NCBI GenBank assembly: GCA_032718475.1 | Contig: JAUCBJ010006462.1 | Span: 1-34,210 of the forward strand | Origin: Nemertoderma westbladi | Lineage: Eukaryota; Animalia; Xenacoelomorpha | DNA length: 34,210 bases | Direction of reading: 5' to 3' | Shown: positions 1-10,257 of the stretch, one piece after another | How positions within the stretch are numbered: the first letter of the stretch is position 1 | How the letters are laid out: each line of letters begins with the position of its first letter | The notes under the pieces: model-generated | Database searches by the model: none | Seen by the model: the letters and a program-made list of their open reading frames with translations, nothing else | Told to the model about the DNA's origin: nothing | Translations under genes and position numbers: made by a program

Positions 1-639
1 ACCTGCGTTTATGACAGTAAACAGGTAAGTAAGCCGTTAGCAGTTAAACCTGTGACATGCTGTGCGAACCCAGTTATTTATGACCGACTACGAAACCTGA
101 CTATTTTACTCAACCTTTGACACATGTTCGACGCGACCTACGACTTCGTGGAAGGTTTGCGAGCCTACCGAACGACGGAGAACCGTAGATCCTAGACCTC
201 AACGACTCGACAAGAGTAATACGCCGAACGCGAACCCGCTAACCACCTATCTGGACGACAGCGATTCATCTAGCATACGGAGTCGACGGAACGGGAAATA
301 TCCATACTGGAGCGGCGGCAGCGGCTGGTTACAAACGAGAGGAACGATCGACAACAATTCATCGACAATCCTCCACGAGAAACACCCTAGAGAAACCCAC
401 GTTGCAACAACGGATGCGATTAGCACCAAACAGTTCACAGAGATGGTGGACCGACTAGCGCAATAAAAGAGCGACTCGAAGCGCAACCGTTGGATCGATC
501 ACGAACCAGCGTGGAGTTAGAACAGCCTAGACAACATCGACCACCAAGGAGAGAACAGGAGACTAGACAGACTCCGAACCATCGGGAAGAGATCACGTTA
601 ATATTTCCTACCGACGAACAACGCGCGTAAGGGACGACT

Positions 640-1640
640 GGACGACGCAACTTAACAGGATGCAGACAGTTGGATTTAGTTAGCGAGATTGCGAAGTTTG
701 CGGCTAGACACGGATACCGGCACAACAGCCGCTGAAGTTCTCTGGCAACGCGAAACACTGGCATACACTGGTAGACTACGTAGAGTCCCAGATCGCTAAG
801 TGTGCCTTCACCTCGACGGAGAAGTTTAATTACTTGCTCCAAGTTTTGTCTGGTGAGCCGAAACGATTAGCGGAACCTTCATCGGTGTTCCAGATGCCTT
901 TGAGTTGGCGTACGACCGTCTATATTCTATTACGGTGGCAACGTAGCCATGGCTAAATCTATTATCGAAGACCTCTGTAGAGGAAGAAGTATTTTGAAAC
1001 CGATCGATCTTTTACGACTCGCGGACGAAATAAAGAACGCTATAGGGACTTTACGGTCCATTGGACAACTCGAATACGCTAACGCACCGACAGTTCTCAT
1101 TCGAATAATCGGTTGACTTCATCGTCGATTACGACGAGAATGGCGACGCATCGAGTATCAGCGTGAAGAGGCCGGCGAGGCTACTAAAACTCACCGACGT
1201 CTACCACAGATTTCGCGGGAGGCCGTAGTGGAGACTCGATCAAACTATACCGATCACCATATAGCGGCAGAAGGGATAACTATTGCTGCGCTGACTCGGA
1301 CCATACCATTTCCGACGAACGCGAAGGCCGTTACCTATGCCACCATGACTGAGACTTTTAAGTTCTGACGCCTATCGGCATCAAGCAGCCACGACAACAG
1401 TTGCCGGCGGACTTTGTGGGATGCTCATATTGCGAGCGGAATGGCAGAAACCATAGCGGACATAAACTACGTGGATGTCGCGCTTTTAGGGAGTTAGGAA
1501 TCGAAGAAAGAAGACTTCAGATTCGATCTTTAGATTCTTGTTGGAGATGTACGAAGCCTGGACATGTCCGGAAGGATTGCCCGAGCGACTATACATGTCC
1601 TCTGTATGGACGTAACCATGACGCGTTACTTCACACGAAC
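640..1640 (+). pseudogene. gag: BEL/Pao gag remnant (DUF1759-like capsid region and zinc knuckles), frameshifted and with stops
   Basis: Reads YLLQVLSGEPKRLAE...AFELAYDRL...YGGNVAMAKSIIEDL...LLRLADEIKNAIGTLRSIG...LRREW, then CSYC..H..C, CWRCTKPGHVRKDC and CPLYGRNHDALLH (1422-1635), the BEL triple-knuckle pattern. Start boundary is approximate. Confidence 0.85.
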
Positions 1641-1879
1641 AGTCATACTCCGACCAAACGCTTTCGACGGAGCATCCAGATAAAGTGGCTAGATGGGGCG
1701 CACTTTACAAAGAGCGTGCGCCGCGCGAGATTCGTACTCTCTATACGGATTGTATGGATCAATCAGGATCATCGGACGAGGACGAGGAGGAAGACGGCAC
1801 TTTTTGCTTTTGACGACACATGCGGGTGAGGAACAACCATCGATAACACTCCTCACACAGAACCAATTGAAAGGGTGTA

Positions 1880-2390
1880 GCGTGATTCCTATAGAGATTA
1901 CCAGAACCTGAGGGAGCAAGCGTATATACGCTATCTTAGACTCTGCATCATCGCATAGTTACATCGACGAACAAGTAGCCGATGTGGTTACGGACATGAG
2001 TCAAGGTAAGACTGCTCAGTATACTGTAAGCAGCATGCATGGTAAGAGAGCGATTCCTGTGACGAGAGTAAAACTAACCTTAGACTCTCTTCTTTCCAAA
2101 GCGGAACACAGCAAGGAGGAGCGCTCATTACTTCCGGTAAGAAATTTGACCTTTGCAGCTACGAAGGAATTTAGTAACTTGCTCGGCCCGGCTGCCAGAG
2201 CAATCACCGGAAGATCGTAAGTATTTCCGACACCTTGGAATACCGGAATGTCCTGTTAACTATCGTTCAATCGCGATGTTGATTGGGACAGACCAGTTTA
2301 ACTTACATCAGGTATGGGAGATGCGCCCATCTGTCATTACAGCGGGCAACCCCTATGCATGTAGAACTCCCAAGGTTGGTATACTAGAGC
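1880..2390 (+). pseudogene. pol: BEL/Pao aspartic protease remnant
   Basis: VIPIEITRT*GSKRIYAILDSASSHSYIDE (active-site-like LDSAS), then MLIGTD...PYACRTPKVG in another frame; contains stops and frameshifts. Confidence 0.85.
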
Positions 2391-3037
2391 ACCAGTGCGT
2401 TCACTAGAGGTAAGTGACCAGGAGGATGACGTTTTGAGTACGTGTAGTTTATTGACTACTACGATAGATAATTATCCTTCACACTCCTGTGGTCAAATTG
2501 TACAGACTGCACTACGACAGACTTGCGTCGCAAACGCAGACGTAACCGATACTGACGTAACTGATCTGGACGCGACCACACGGACCTCTGACTTACAACT
2601 ACTTGCAGTAAACCAGGTTGTATTGACTACTGAAGACCAAAGGGTTGTTGCTGTGGATGACTCGATGAACGAGGGTTTTGGAAGGCTTGTGAGCCAAACG
2701 AAAAATCCGAAGGTCATTGACCCCACCCACCAGGCTTTGACACCAGTCATTGATCTAGGAAGGCTTGCGAGCCTTCCGACAGATCAGAAGGTTGACAAAC
2801 CGCCACACGACGATTCGACGCCGACTAGTGACACCGGAAGGCTTGCGAGCCTGCCAGACACATTGACACTAGCCACCGCAGCGGACGAAGATGTGGACGA
2901 GGACCATGGCGCAGTGCAAGCAGCGCTTGACCGACTGCTGACTGAACGGACCATTAAATGGTTAGAACAGGACTCAGCAGAACCCGGTAGTTACGAGACC
3001 GCTATGTCAGAACAGGAAAAAACGGTCATTAAATATT

Positions 3038-3130
3038 ATGAAAGATACCATTCGCCAGACCGCGAATGGCCACTACGAAGTAGGCATGTTGTGGCGCAAT
3101 GGACAACCTAAGCTCGTTAACAACTACCCG
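3038..3130 (+). pseudogene. pol: BEL/Pao pre-RT segment, left half, split by nested insertion
   Basis: NGHYEVGMLWRNGQPKLVNNYP continues in frame at 8486 (LALRRLKS) once 3131-8485 is removed. Confidence 0.9.
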
Positions 3131-3335
3131 TGTGACGGGATCAATGGATCCCGACCGGTTATAGTTAATACGCGTCACAGCGGGCTGATGGGTGGATATG
3201 ATATAATATATATAAGGGTCTGAGTTCAGTGTTCAACTGAAGTATAATATTGTAATATAGATGATAGCAATAATTGGTAGATACAGGTACCGGTAGGATA
3301 ATGTATACAGCACCGCAACGACGGTCGAACTATGT
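3131..3335 (-). repeat. Shared (R-U5-like) part of the 3' LTR of the nested element
   Basis: Near-identical to 7914-8117; similarity stops abruptly after GTCGAACTATGT. Confidence 0.9.
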
Positions 3336-3340
3336 TGGTG

Positions 3341-3910
3341 ACTAGGCGAACTAGGCGAACTAACGGTACTATGTACCCTCTTACCAACTTCTCTAACTCT
3401 CTCTACTAACTAACGGTACTACGTACCCTCTTACTAACTTCTCTAATTCTCTCAACTAATTTTTTTTTTTTTTACTCAAAAGCCTCCATATATTATAATA
3501 TTAACAAACAATAATTCGAATATAAAAATGCACCAAAACAAGTACAAATATAACCCACCACCAGCTGATTCAAACTGTTACCTAGCAACAATACAAACAA
3601 TACAAATTGGTTCAGTACCCATCACCAGTCTGCCACTCTGCCACTGCCAGTACCCCAACAAACCCGCCAGACCTCTAACATCTAAGCCGTCCCGGGGTCC
3701 GAGTCCGCGTTCGCCCACACAATGGACGTGTCCGCCACCGCTGCCCTTGCCGGTCTTCTAGAGGCTGACCGAAACCCACGGAGGCACATCAGGGACGACC
3801 GGAGTAAGGCGAAATTGATTCTCTCTACTAATGGTACTACGTACCCTCTAACTAACTAACTAACTAACCTCTCTAACTAACGGTACTACGTACCCTCTAA
3901 CTCTTCTAAC
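3341..3910. repeat. ~50-bp minisatellite (TAACGGTACTACGTACCCTC core), interrupted by the CRE-like insert
   Basis: Core seen at 3361, 3411, ~3829 and ~3878. Confidence 0.85.
3460..3820 (-). mobile_element. 5'-truncated non-LTR retrotransposon 3' end, CRE-like (RLE type)
   Basis: Minus strand reads RINFALLRSSLMCLRGFR...* (stop 3682-3684), the typical C-terminal motif of CRE-like proteins. ~210-nt 3' UTR, poly(A) 3460-3473, ~15-bp near-TSD ATTCTCTC(A/T)ACTAAT at 3446-3460 and 3818-3832. Confidence 0.75.
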
Positions 3911-4074
3911 TTAACTAGATATCTACTTACTTTCTGACTTTCTACTTATTCATTATTTAATTATTTTTATTATTTATTTTTATTTTTAATTAAATAATTA
4001 TTTTGCGTAGGAAGGGCGTCTCGCCCTCATTCCCACCCCCCTCAGTCCAAAACATTGGACGACCTTAAACAACT

Positions 4075-4863
4075 CTAACGGTACCCTTTCTTCCAGTAGG
4101 CACTCTCCCACTGCCCTCCTATACGTCCTCTTACTCTTCGCCATACTTTCTTAGACACTACCTCTGCTGGCCTCCCCCTTAGTATGTGCGCTGGCATTAG
4201 AGGCCTCGACGACCCCCGTTCGTCCTTCGGTATACACGACGTCTGCCCATGTAATGCCCATTCGCACTCTGTCGGTCCTGCGTGCGTATGCAACACGCCT
4301 CCTACTTTCCTGGGTCCTTTATTATGTCCACCCACGGACCTCTCTGCCCCTGGTCTAATCCTCTCACATCCTCTCCCTTTCCATCTTGTCTTCTTACTCG
4401 GCCTCTCCCTTATCGGTATGCCTCTCAACCGGACCGGCATCTCTTCCGGACACTCCTCTGGACTATTGTCCTCCTGACACTCCACCGGACACTCCTCCGG
4501 TTTGTCCTCCGGACATTTCGCCATCCGCTCCTCTCTATCTCCATACCGATACTTGCTGGGATATCCATTCTCCCCCGCCCACTCTCTAACTGTTACTTCC
4601 TCGGGTAGTACTTTTCTCTTCTTTCTTGCCACTGCCGTGCTTGTAGCTGCTGTTTCTCTACACTCTCCGGGTCTGTGTCCTTCTACCACACATCGATGAC
4701 ATAGTCCGTTTGCGTCTGCGTAGGCTATACGATCTTGTTTGGGCAACGCTTGCCTGTGCTTACAACTCATGGTCTTATGGGTTCCGTCCCGATGTAATTG
4801 ACATTCGAATCCTGTATTATAGCGTTTCCTGTATAGTCCCTCACGTATCGCGCCTAGATTCAT
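4075..4863 (-). pseudogene. gag: Gag C-terminal zinc-knuckle remnant of nested element
   Basis: CQLHRDGTHKTMSC...DRIAYADANGLCHRCVVEGHRPGEC, a BEL-type knuckle pair; low-complexity CPEE repeats downstream. Confidence 0.7.
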
Positions 4864-6591
4864 ATGTACAAAATTTAGTGTTTTGGTTGTCTAGACTCGG
4901 CCTACTGGGTATATTGGGATTGTGTTTATTTGTGATGCTATTTTCTTTCTGTCCCTGCCACGGTGTGGCCCTACTAGCTAGCTGTGGACTAGCAGTCCCC
5001 TGTATGGCCGCGTGTGGTAGCGACTGTCCGCACGACCTGTTCTCGTCCAAGGGGTTCAATGTTCTTGCTCTTATTGGGGTATATTGTTGATATTGTGATG
5101 GGGGAATGTCACCCTGTCCCCCCCCCCCCCCACCGGTATGTTTGGTATTGGGGTTGATGTTAATATATTGGGGCCCATACATCTACCTTCAATAACTCTC
5201 CCCTCCCCTGGATATATGTTATGTCCCTGTGTATTATAGTCATGCTGCTGTACCGATATAGGCCTACCCACTTCCTGCCTACCTACCGGTATGTATTCCG
5301 CGGCTTCCGGGTTTAATCCCGTCGTTCGCGCAACCCTATCGCCTACTCTATCTCTCCCAGCATGGCCTATAATAGTATGTGCAGTAAGGCCTACAGTATG
5401 TCCTGCAGTCTGCATGTGCCCTTTCGAACCGAAGTTTAATCTTCGCGAATCTCGAATCTCCCCGCGACTACTGCACTCTCGATCGGCAGCTATATCCCGT
5501 CGGGAAGCTTCTCTTCGATCCCCTCTCCTGTTCTCGACTTTGTATCGGTACTTCCTGTACCCCTCTCTTGGCGTGCGGTGCGTTTCTCCGGGGCGACGGC
5601 AATCTCCCGAAGTTCGACCCCACTGACTCCCTAACTCCATCTCCACTATCGACGGTCCGCTATCCATCCTCGCACCCTTATCGTTCGCGGCGATACTTCT
5701 CCTGCTTTCCTCTCTTCTTCTCTTTCCAGTGCAGCATTCCCGCTCGTGAGATCTCTCCTTCATCTCCCGGTTAAACTCCACTGTTCTTCTTCCCTCTTCT
5801 GATCAGGCTCGACGCTTCGTCTGCCCTCTCGCGACGTCAACCTGCCTCTCTCTGCTCGATCGCACGTCACTGGGGATACTCGCAATCCCCTTATTACTCT
5901 CCGTCGCCGGGTGCTGCGGTTTACCTAGCTCGGCCCGCGCATTATCCGCCGACGCCTGTGGGGCACTCTCTGCCCCCCTCGCTACTAATCTCTCGTGGTG
6001 GGGTGCCCGTAGCCCCCCCCACCCGCCGCTTCTAACTTCACTACCTCTTACTACACTTCTACACCCCTCTTGTGGGGCATTCTCTGCCCCCCCTCTCTCG
6101 CCACTAATTTTCTGTGGTGGGGCGCCCGTAGCCCCCCCCCCCCCACTCGCCACATCTAACTCCACTATCTCTCACTTCACTTCTACACCCCTCTCTAGTC
6201 GACACAACGTCTCTACTGCGGCTGGGTCTACTCACCCCCGCCTCTCTCTCTATTACTGCGTGGCCTACCAGGCCCAGCTCGGGTTGGCTCAACCCCTCTT
6301 CCTCCTGCCTACCAACTACGTGGCCTACCAGGCCGCCATCTGCCGGGTTATGTACGTCCGACACGTTCATATTAATAGCACCATTCCCAATATTATTTGT
6401 TAAATCAATTAAATTATTAGAATTTGAAACGGGATTATTATTTAAATTATTTAAATTAGAATTATTTGAATTATTCTGAATATTTGAACTAATATTATTA
6501 TTTGAATTTAAATTTAAATTACTGGGTAAAATATTTCCTGTAATAAAGGGATTAGGGTTATTTACTACGGTACCATTAATATTAACTACTT

Positions 6592-7860
6592 CTAACGTAC
6601 TACTACTACCCCCCCCCCCCCCCCCCCGCCCGTACGGCTACACCAGTTCTGGTTCTCTCGCTCAGTGCTTGTAAGTGGGGTCTCACTCTCTGATAGTTCC
6701 AACCGCGCCAGTTCTAGTCGGCGCTGATTCAGTTTGGCTTGATATTGTGTAAGCCTCTCTAGCTGGGCACGCAAATCATCCTGCACGTGCTTACTCTCTA
6801 TTTCTCTCTCTCGTGTACTCTGCTCTGCCAACTCTTCCCTTCTCGCAATCATCTCAAACCGCCTCGCCGGCTCGCTCATCTCCCGCTCTCTACACTCCTT
6901 GGCTCTCTTTCTACACTCCTCGGCTCCCTCTCTATACTCCTCGGCTCTCTCTCTACACCCCCTCGCCCACTCTTCTTCTCTCTCCAACAATGCGGTTTTC
7001 TCACTCAATTGCCACTCTAAATCTTTCTGCTCATTCGCCACCATTTCTAATTTAAACCTCAGATTTATCTCCCGCACCCTTCTTTCTTTTTCGGAGGATG
7101 TAGCAGACTTATCGGTTGCGACGGACTCCTGTCGCCCCCCCGTCCTACCAACTTTCCCCCGCCTCCCGGAACTTCCTCCGACCGACGAGACCGAATCCTC
7201 GGGGCTAACCTCGGATTCGCCCTCCTCAGGTCTCTTCCAACCCACTAATTTTGCTCCCCGGGCATCGACTAAGTATGGCCCTATGTACACTACACTAGGC
7301 ACCATGCCCCTACATTCCCATAGTTCAATCAGTTCGCTGGCAACCCCTCTCGCTCTCTCGCTGGCTATTTCTTCCTGCTCGAAATGCTTTAGATAGTCAA
7401 AATGTCCGTTCGACTCACCTAACAGTCTCTTCAACTTCACCTGATATATCTTCGCCCCTCCTTTGGCCTCTTTAAGTAGCTTCCGGGTCGCGTTGTAGGC
7501 CCGTCGAAGTCGATCGCTGACCCCGACGTCCTCATCGCCGACATCTCCTCCATCTCTCCGGGTCCGGCGTCGTACCGTCGGCCCCACCGTCGCCGTTCCG
7601 GTGGGCCGTCCATCGCCCTCGGCCTGTGGCTGGCCGGCAACATCGGTTCGTTGACTGCCGCTGTGTGTTGAATCGTCTCTTTCCCCTCTCGACTCGTCTC
7701 TCCCTTCTCGTTGTAGACGGCCCCCCTTCTCTTGGATTGCCGGATCACCCGTTGTCGATGGGTCCGGCGTCGTGGGTCGGCACCGTTGCGCCGTGGCCTC
7801 GCGGATCGTTAGGTTGTCGTCCGGGGTCCGCGGCGGTGTCGTCTTTTCTTCTCGACTCAT
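6592..7860 (-). CDS. gag: Gag-like protein N-terminal part (coiled coil), 422 aa
   Basis: Starts 54 nt inside the 5' LTR boundary. VSPEDSVSSVG motif followed by an E/R-rich coiled coil, as in BEL gag N-termini. Ends shortly after a poly-G run (possible frameshift). Confidence 0.7.
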   Translation of the reverse strand: MSREEKTTPPRTPDDNLTIREATAQRCRPTTPDPSTTGDPAIQEKGGRLQREGRDESRGERDDSTHSGSQRTDVAGQPQAEGDGRPTGTATVGPTVRRRTRRDGGDVGDEDVGVSDRLRRAYNATRKLLKEAKGGAKIYQVKLKRLLGESNGHFDYLKHFEQEEIASERARGVASELIELWECRGMVPSVVYIGPYLVDARGAKLVGWKRPEEGESEVSPEDSVSSVGGSSGRRGKVGRTGGRQESVATDKSATSSEKERRVREINLRFKLEMVANEQKDLEWQLSEKTALLEREEEWARGCRERAEEYREGAEECRKRAKECREREMSEPARRFEMIARREELAEQSTREREIESKHVQDDLRAQLERLTQYQAKLNQRRLELARLELSESETPLTSTERENQNWCSRTGGGGGGGVVVVR

Positions 7861-7913
7861 CTTTACTCTTTACTCTAGCGGCCACAGTTTATTGCGTTGG
7901 TTTATAGTTCGAC

Positions 7914-8480
7914 TGTGACGGGATCAATGGATCCCGACCGGTTATAGTTAATACGCGTCACAGCGGGCTGATGGGTGGATATGATATAATATATATAAGG
8001 TCTGAGTTCGGTGTTCAACTGAAGTATAATATTGTAATATAGATGATAGCAATAATTGGTAGATACAGGTACCGGTAGGATAATGTATACAGCACCGCAA
8101 CGACGGTCGAACTATGTGGCCGGTCCGCGGTAAACTAATGACTGAGTAAACTGACTGAATGAGAAAGCACCAACCGGTAATATATTGCACAGTTGGCCAT
8201 ATTGCTTTACCCAGTCGATGCTCCCCCCCTATTGGCTAATAACCCTTTTGGCGCCCTCTGCCTCTCCTGGAGGGCTTCCCTTTGCCCCTGTTGCCCTCTC
8301 TCTCTCTCTGGGGTGTAACCCCTGACCCCTATTGTGTGTGTGTTCTCTGGGGCCTATTGTCCCCGTTTACTGAGGTGACACGAGGTTGATTGGTAATCAA
8401 CCTCGTGCTCCCAATATTGCTTAGAGGCACTCTTTCCCACTTTATGGGGGTTTGGTGAGGCAGAATTGAATCTGCTCACA
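7914..8480 (-). repeat. 5' LTR of nested element (567 bp)
   Basis: TG...CA ends. On the minus strand: CCAAT (8231-8235), TATA-like (8179-8186), Inr-like TCAGTC/TCAGTT (~8148-8158). gag ATG at 7860 follows. Confidence 0.85.
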
Positions 8481-8810
8481 ACCCGCTTGCTTTGAGGCGA
8501 CTCAAATCAATAAGGCAGCGATTGTTGCGTGATGAGACGGCCCATATGCAATACAATGCGCAACTTCAGACGTATCTCCAAAAGGGATACGCCATTAGGA
8601 TGTTAAATCCCGAGGTAACCACAGATCAGGTATATTACCTGCCACATCATTTTGTTCGACACCCGGACAAACCTGGCAAGGTGTGTGTAGTCAACGACTG
8701 CGCTGCGCTTTACTAAGGGATGTCTATGAACAGCGAACTGATGGACGGGCCGAATATGAATAATTACCTCATGGGAGTCCTAATGCGTTTTAGACAATGG
8801 TGGAATTCCA
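8481..8810 (+). pseudogene. pol: BEL/Pao reverse transcriptase N-terminus, truncated
   Basis: LALRRLKSIRQRL...YLQKGYA...[40 protein letters not shown]...LMGVLMRFRQ. Homology stops at ~8800; no YxDD, RNase H or integrase follows. Confidence 0.9.
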
Positions 8811-9425
8811 TTGTCTTTAGATGTGAACATGGAGGGTAGTACCCTTATGTATCACATAGGAGCGGGATTGTGTGTACAGTAGGAATGGAATTCCACTTGG
8901 AAACCACAAGTGAGACAATTTTTCAAAAATTATTAGACAAATCCATTTAGTTGGATTTAAATTTAAGAAAAATGATTCTCCAGTGAATGCGAATTCTAGA
9001 ATACAGCTAGATAAAATTAAAATTGGGGAGGACAAGAGCGGATGGAAGGCTTACGAGCCTACCGATAAATTTTTTTGGAAAAGAAAATCGGCCTTGTTCT
9101 ACGTAGTCGTGTCTACTATTATTTAGACCAAATTAATTCTCGACTGCATTATTTTCTTTGGGAATGTAGTTTGGGAAATTAAAAGGTGAGTATTTTAGAC
9201 TAGCGGCTAGCTTACCCGGAATTCGTTTTTTATCGGCACATTTTTTTGGATTAGGATCCAGTGCGAAATCACGCGAACCCGAAGTCATTAGGCAAATGGG
9301 TAGGGGTTTTAGAGCAAAGTTGAGCCAAAAGCCGACAAAACTCTAAGTCTCCTCACATCTAACCTCTATTTTGTGCTTCATCTAGAAGAAACGTAACGAT
9401 ATGTAACCATATATATGCGTATATA

Positions 9426-10253
9426 ATGGCGGGGAAGATTTATAAGGAGTTACGTCAGGGGTTTACGCAGGAACAAGAGCACCAGGCACCGTTTAATCAT
9501 TATGGAGCTAAAAACTTCATTGTGTTTGGAGTGGAGAGTATGGCTAGGAGTAAAGCCACGCTCGCTAAATCCAAGGCGGACCCGAATGTTACGAAACAGC
9601 GATTGGACGCTTATAACAAAAGAGCGGAGGAATTACGCGCGGAGTTCAATGCGTTGTATCCCTACGATGCGTTATGCGACACCAGTGACATTTGCGAGGA
9701 TCCAGACACGGAGATACGCCGATTATATCATACTCTGCAGTATTTGACGGCGAACGAACCCTTGCCTGCAGCCAGGGACGAATTTGAAGGAATGCATCTT
9801 TATAGACGCGCTCGAGGAGCGGATCCAGAGACAAAGGACGCGTTCTCCATATATAAACTGTTTTACAAATGTGGAGCATGTATGCGCGAGCAAGACAACG
9901 CGACTCCTATGCGATTGAACTCGGAGAACCCCGAGCCGATATTAGCACGATGCTCATACCACCAAAGTCTGCATTACCAAGAAGGTGGATACCCTTTGAC
10001 GAATCCGTACCATTCGTTCAAGATCAGTGGACCGAACGCGGGTGAGATCGTTATTTACGAACCCAAATTAGTCGAACCAGACATCTACAATATGGTAGTG
10101 GACGAGTCTAATAAGTCGACACAAGAGAAACGGGAAGCTTTGAGCCTCTACAGGGTGTACAAGGTGTACGAGAAAGGCGAGATCGAGGAGTTCGGCGGAA
10201 GGCTCGCGAGCCTACCATTTTTACTGGATATCCCACGATCAAACCGAAACTAA
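9426..10253 (+). CDS. Cargo ORF A, 275 aa, unknown function; possible Zn site CxxC-x23-CxxH
   Basis: Uninterrupted ORF with ATG in good context (ATAATGG) and globular composition; CGAC...CSYH; no family recognised. Confidence 0.7.
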   Translation: MAGKIYKELRQGFTQEQEHQAPFNHYGAKNFIVFGVESMARSKATLAKSKADPNVTKQRLDAYNKRAEELRAEFNALYPYDALCDTSDICEDPDTEIRRLYHTLQYLTANEPLPAARDEFEGMHLYRRARGADPETKDAFSIYKLFYKCGACMREQDNATPMRLNSENPEPILARCSYHQSLHYQEGGYPLTNPYHSFKISGPNAGEIVIYEPKLVEPDIYNMVVDESNKSTQEKREALSLYRVYKVYEKGEIEEFGGRLASLPFLLDIPRSNRN

Positions 10254-10257
10254 GGAG

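Larger units (their letters stand above)
3131..8480 (-). mobile_element. Nested non-autonomous (gag-only) LTR retrotransposon, BEL-like
   Basis: Termini TGTGA...TCACA; 5-bp TSD ACCCG at 3126-3130 and 8481-8485; direct repeat 3131-3335 matches 7914-8117; gag-like ORFs on -; no pol motifs. Confidence 0.92.

Noticed and set aside
6609-6627. Long C/G homopolymers (also ~5118 and ~28716) as functional G-quadruplexes or programmed frameshift sites
   Set aside because: Run length is error-prone in sequencing and cannot be evaluated from one copy.
4184-7907. Many short plus-strand ORFs in the nested element
   Set aside because: Shadows of low-complexity purine-rich gag sequence on the minus strand; no motifs.
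3131-8480. DIRS/Ngaro split-repeat element as the explanation for partial terminal repeats
   Set aside because: 5-bp TSD, TG...CA ends and BEL-type knuckles indicate integrase-mediated insertion; no tyrosine recombinase.
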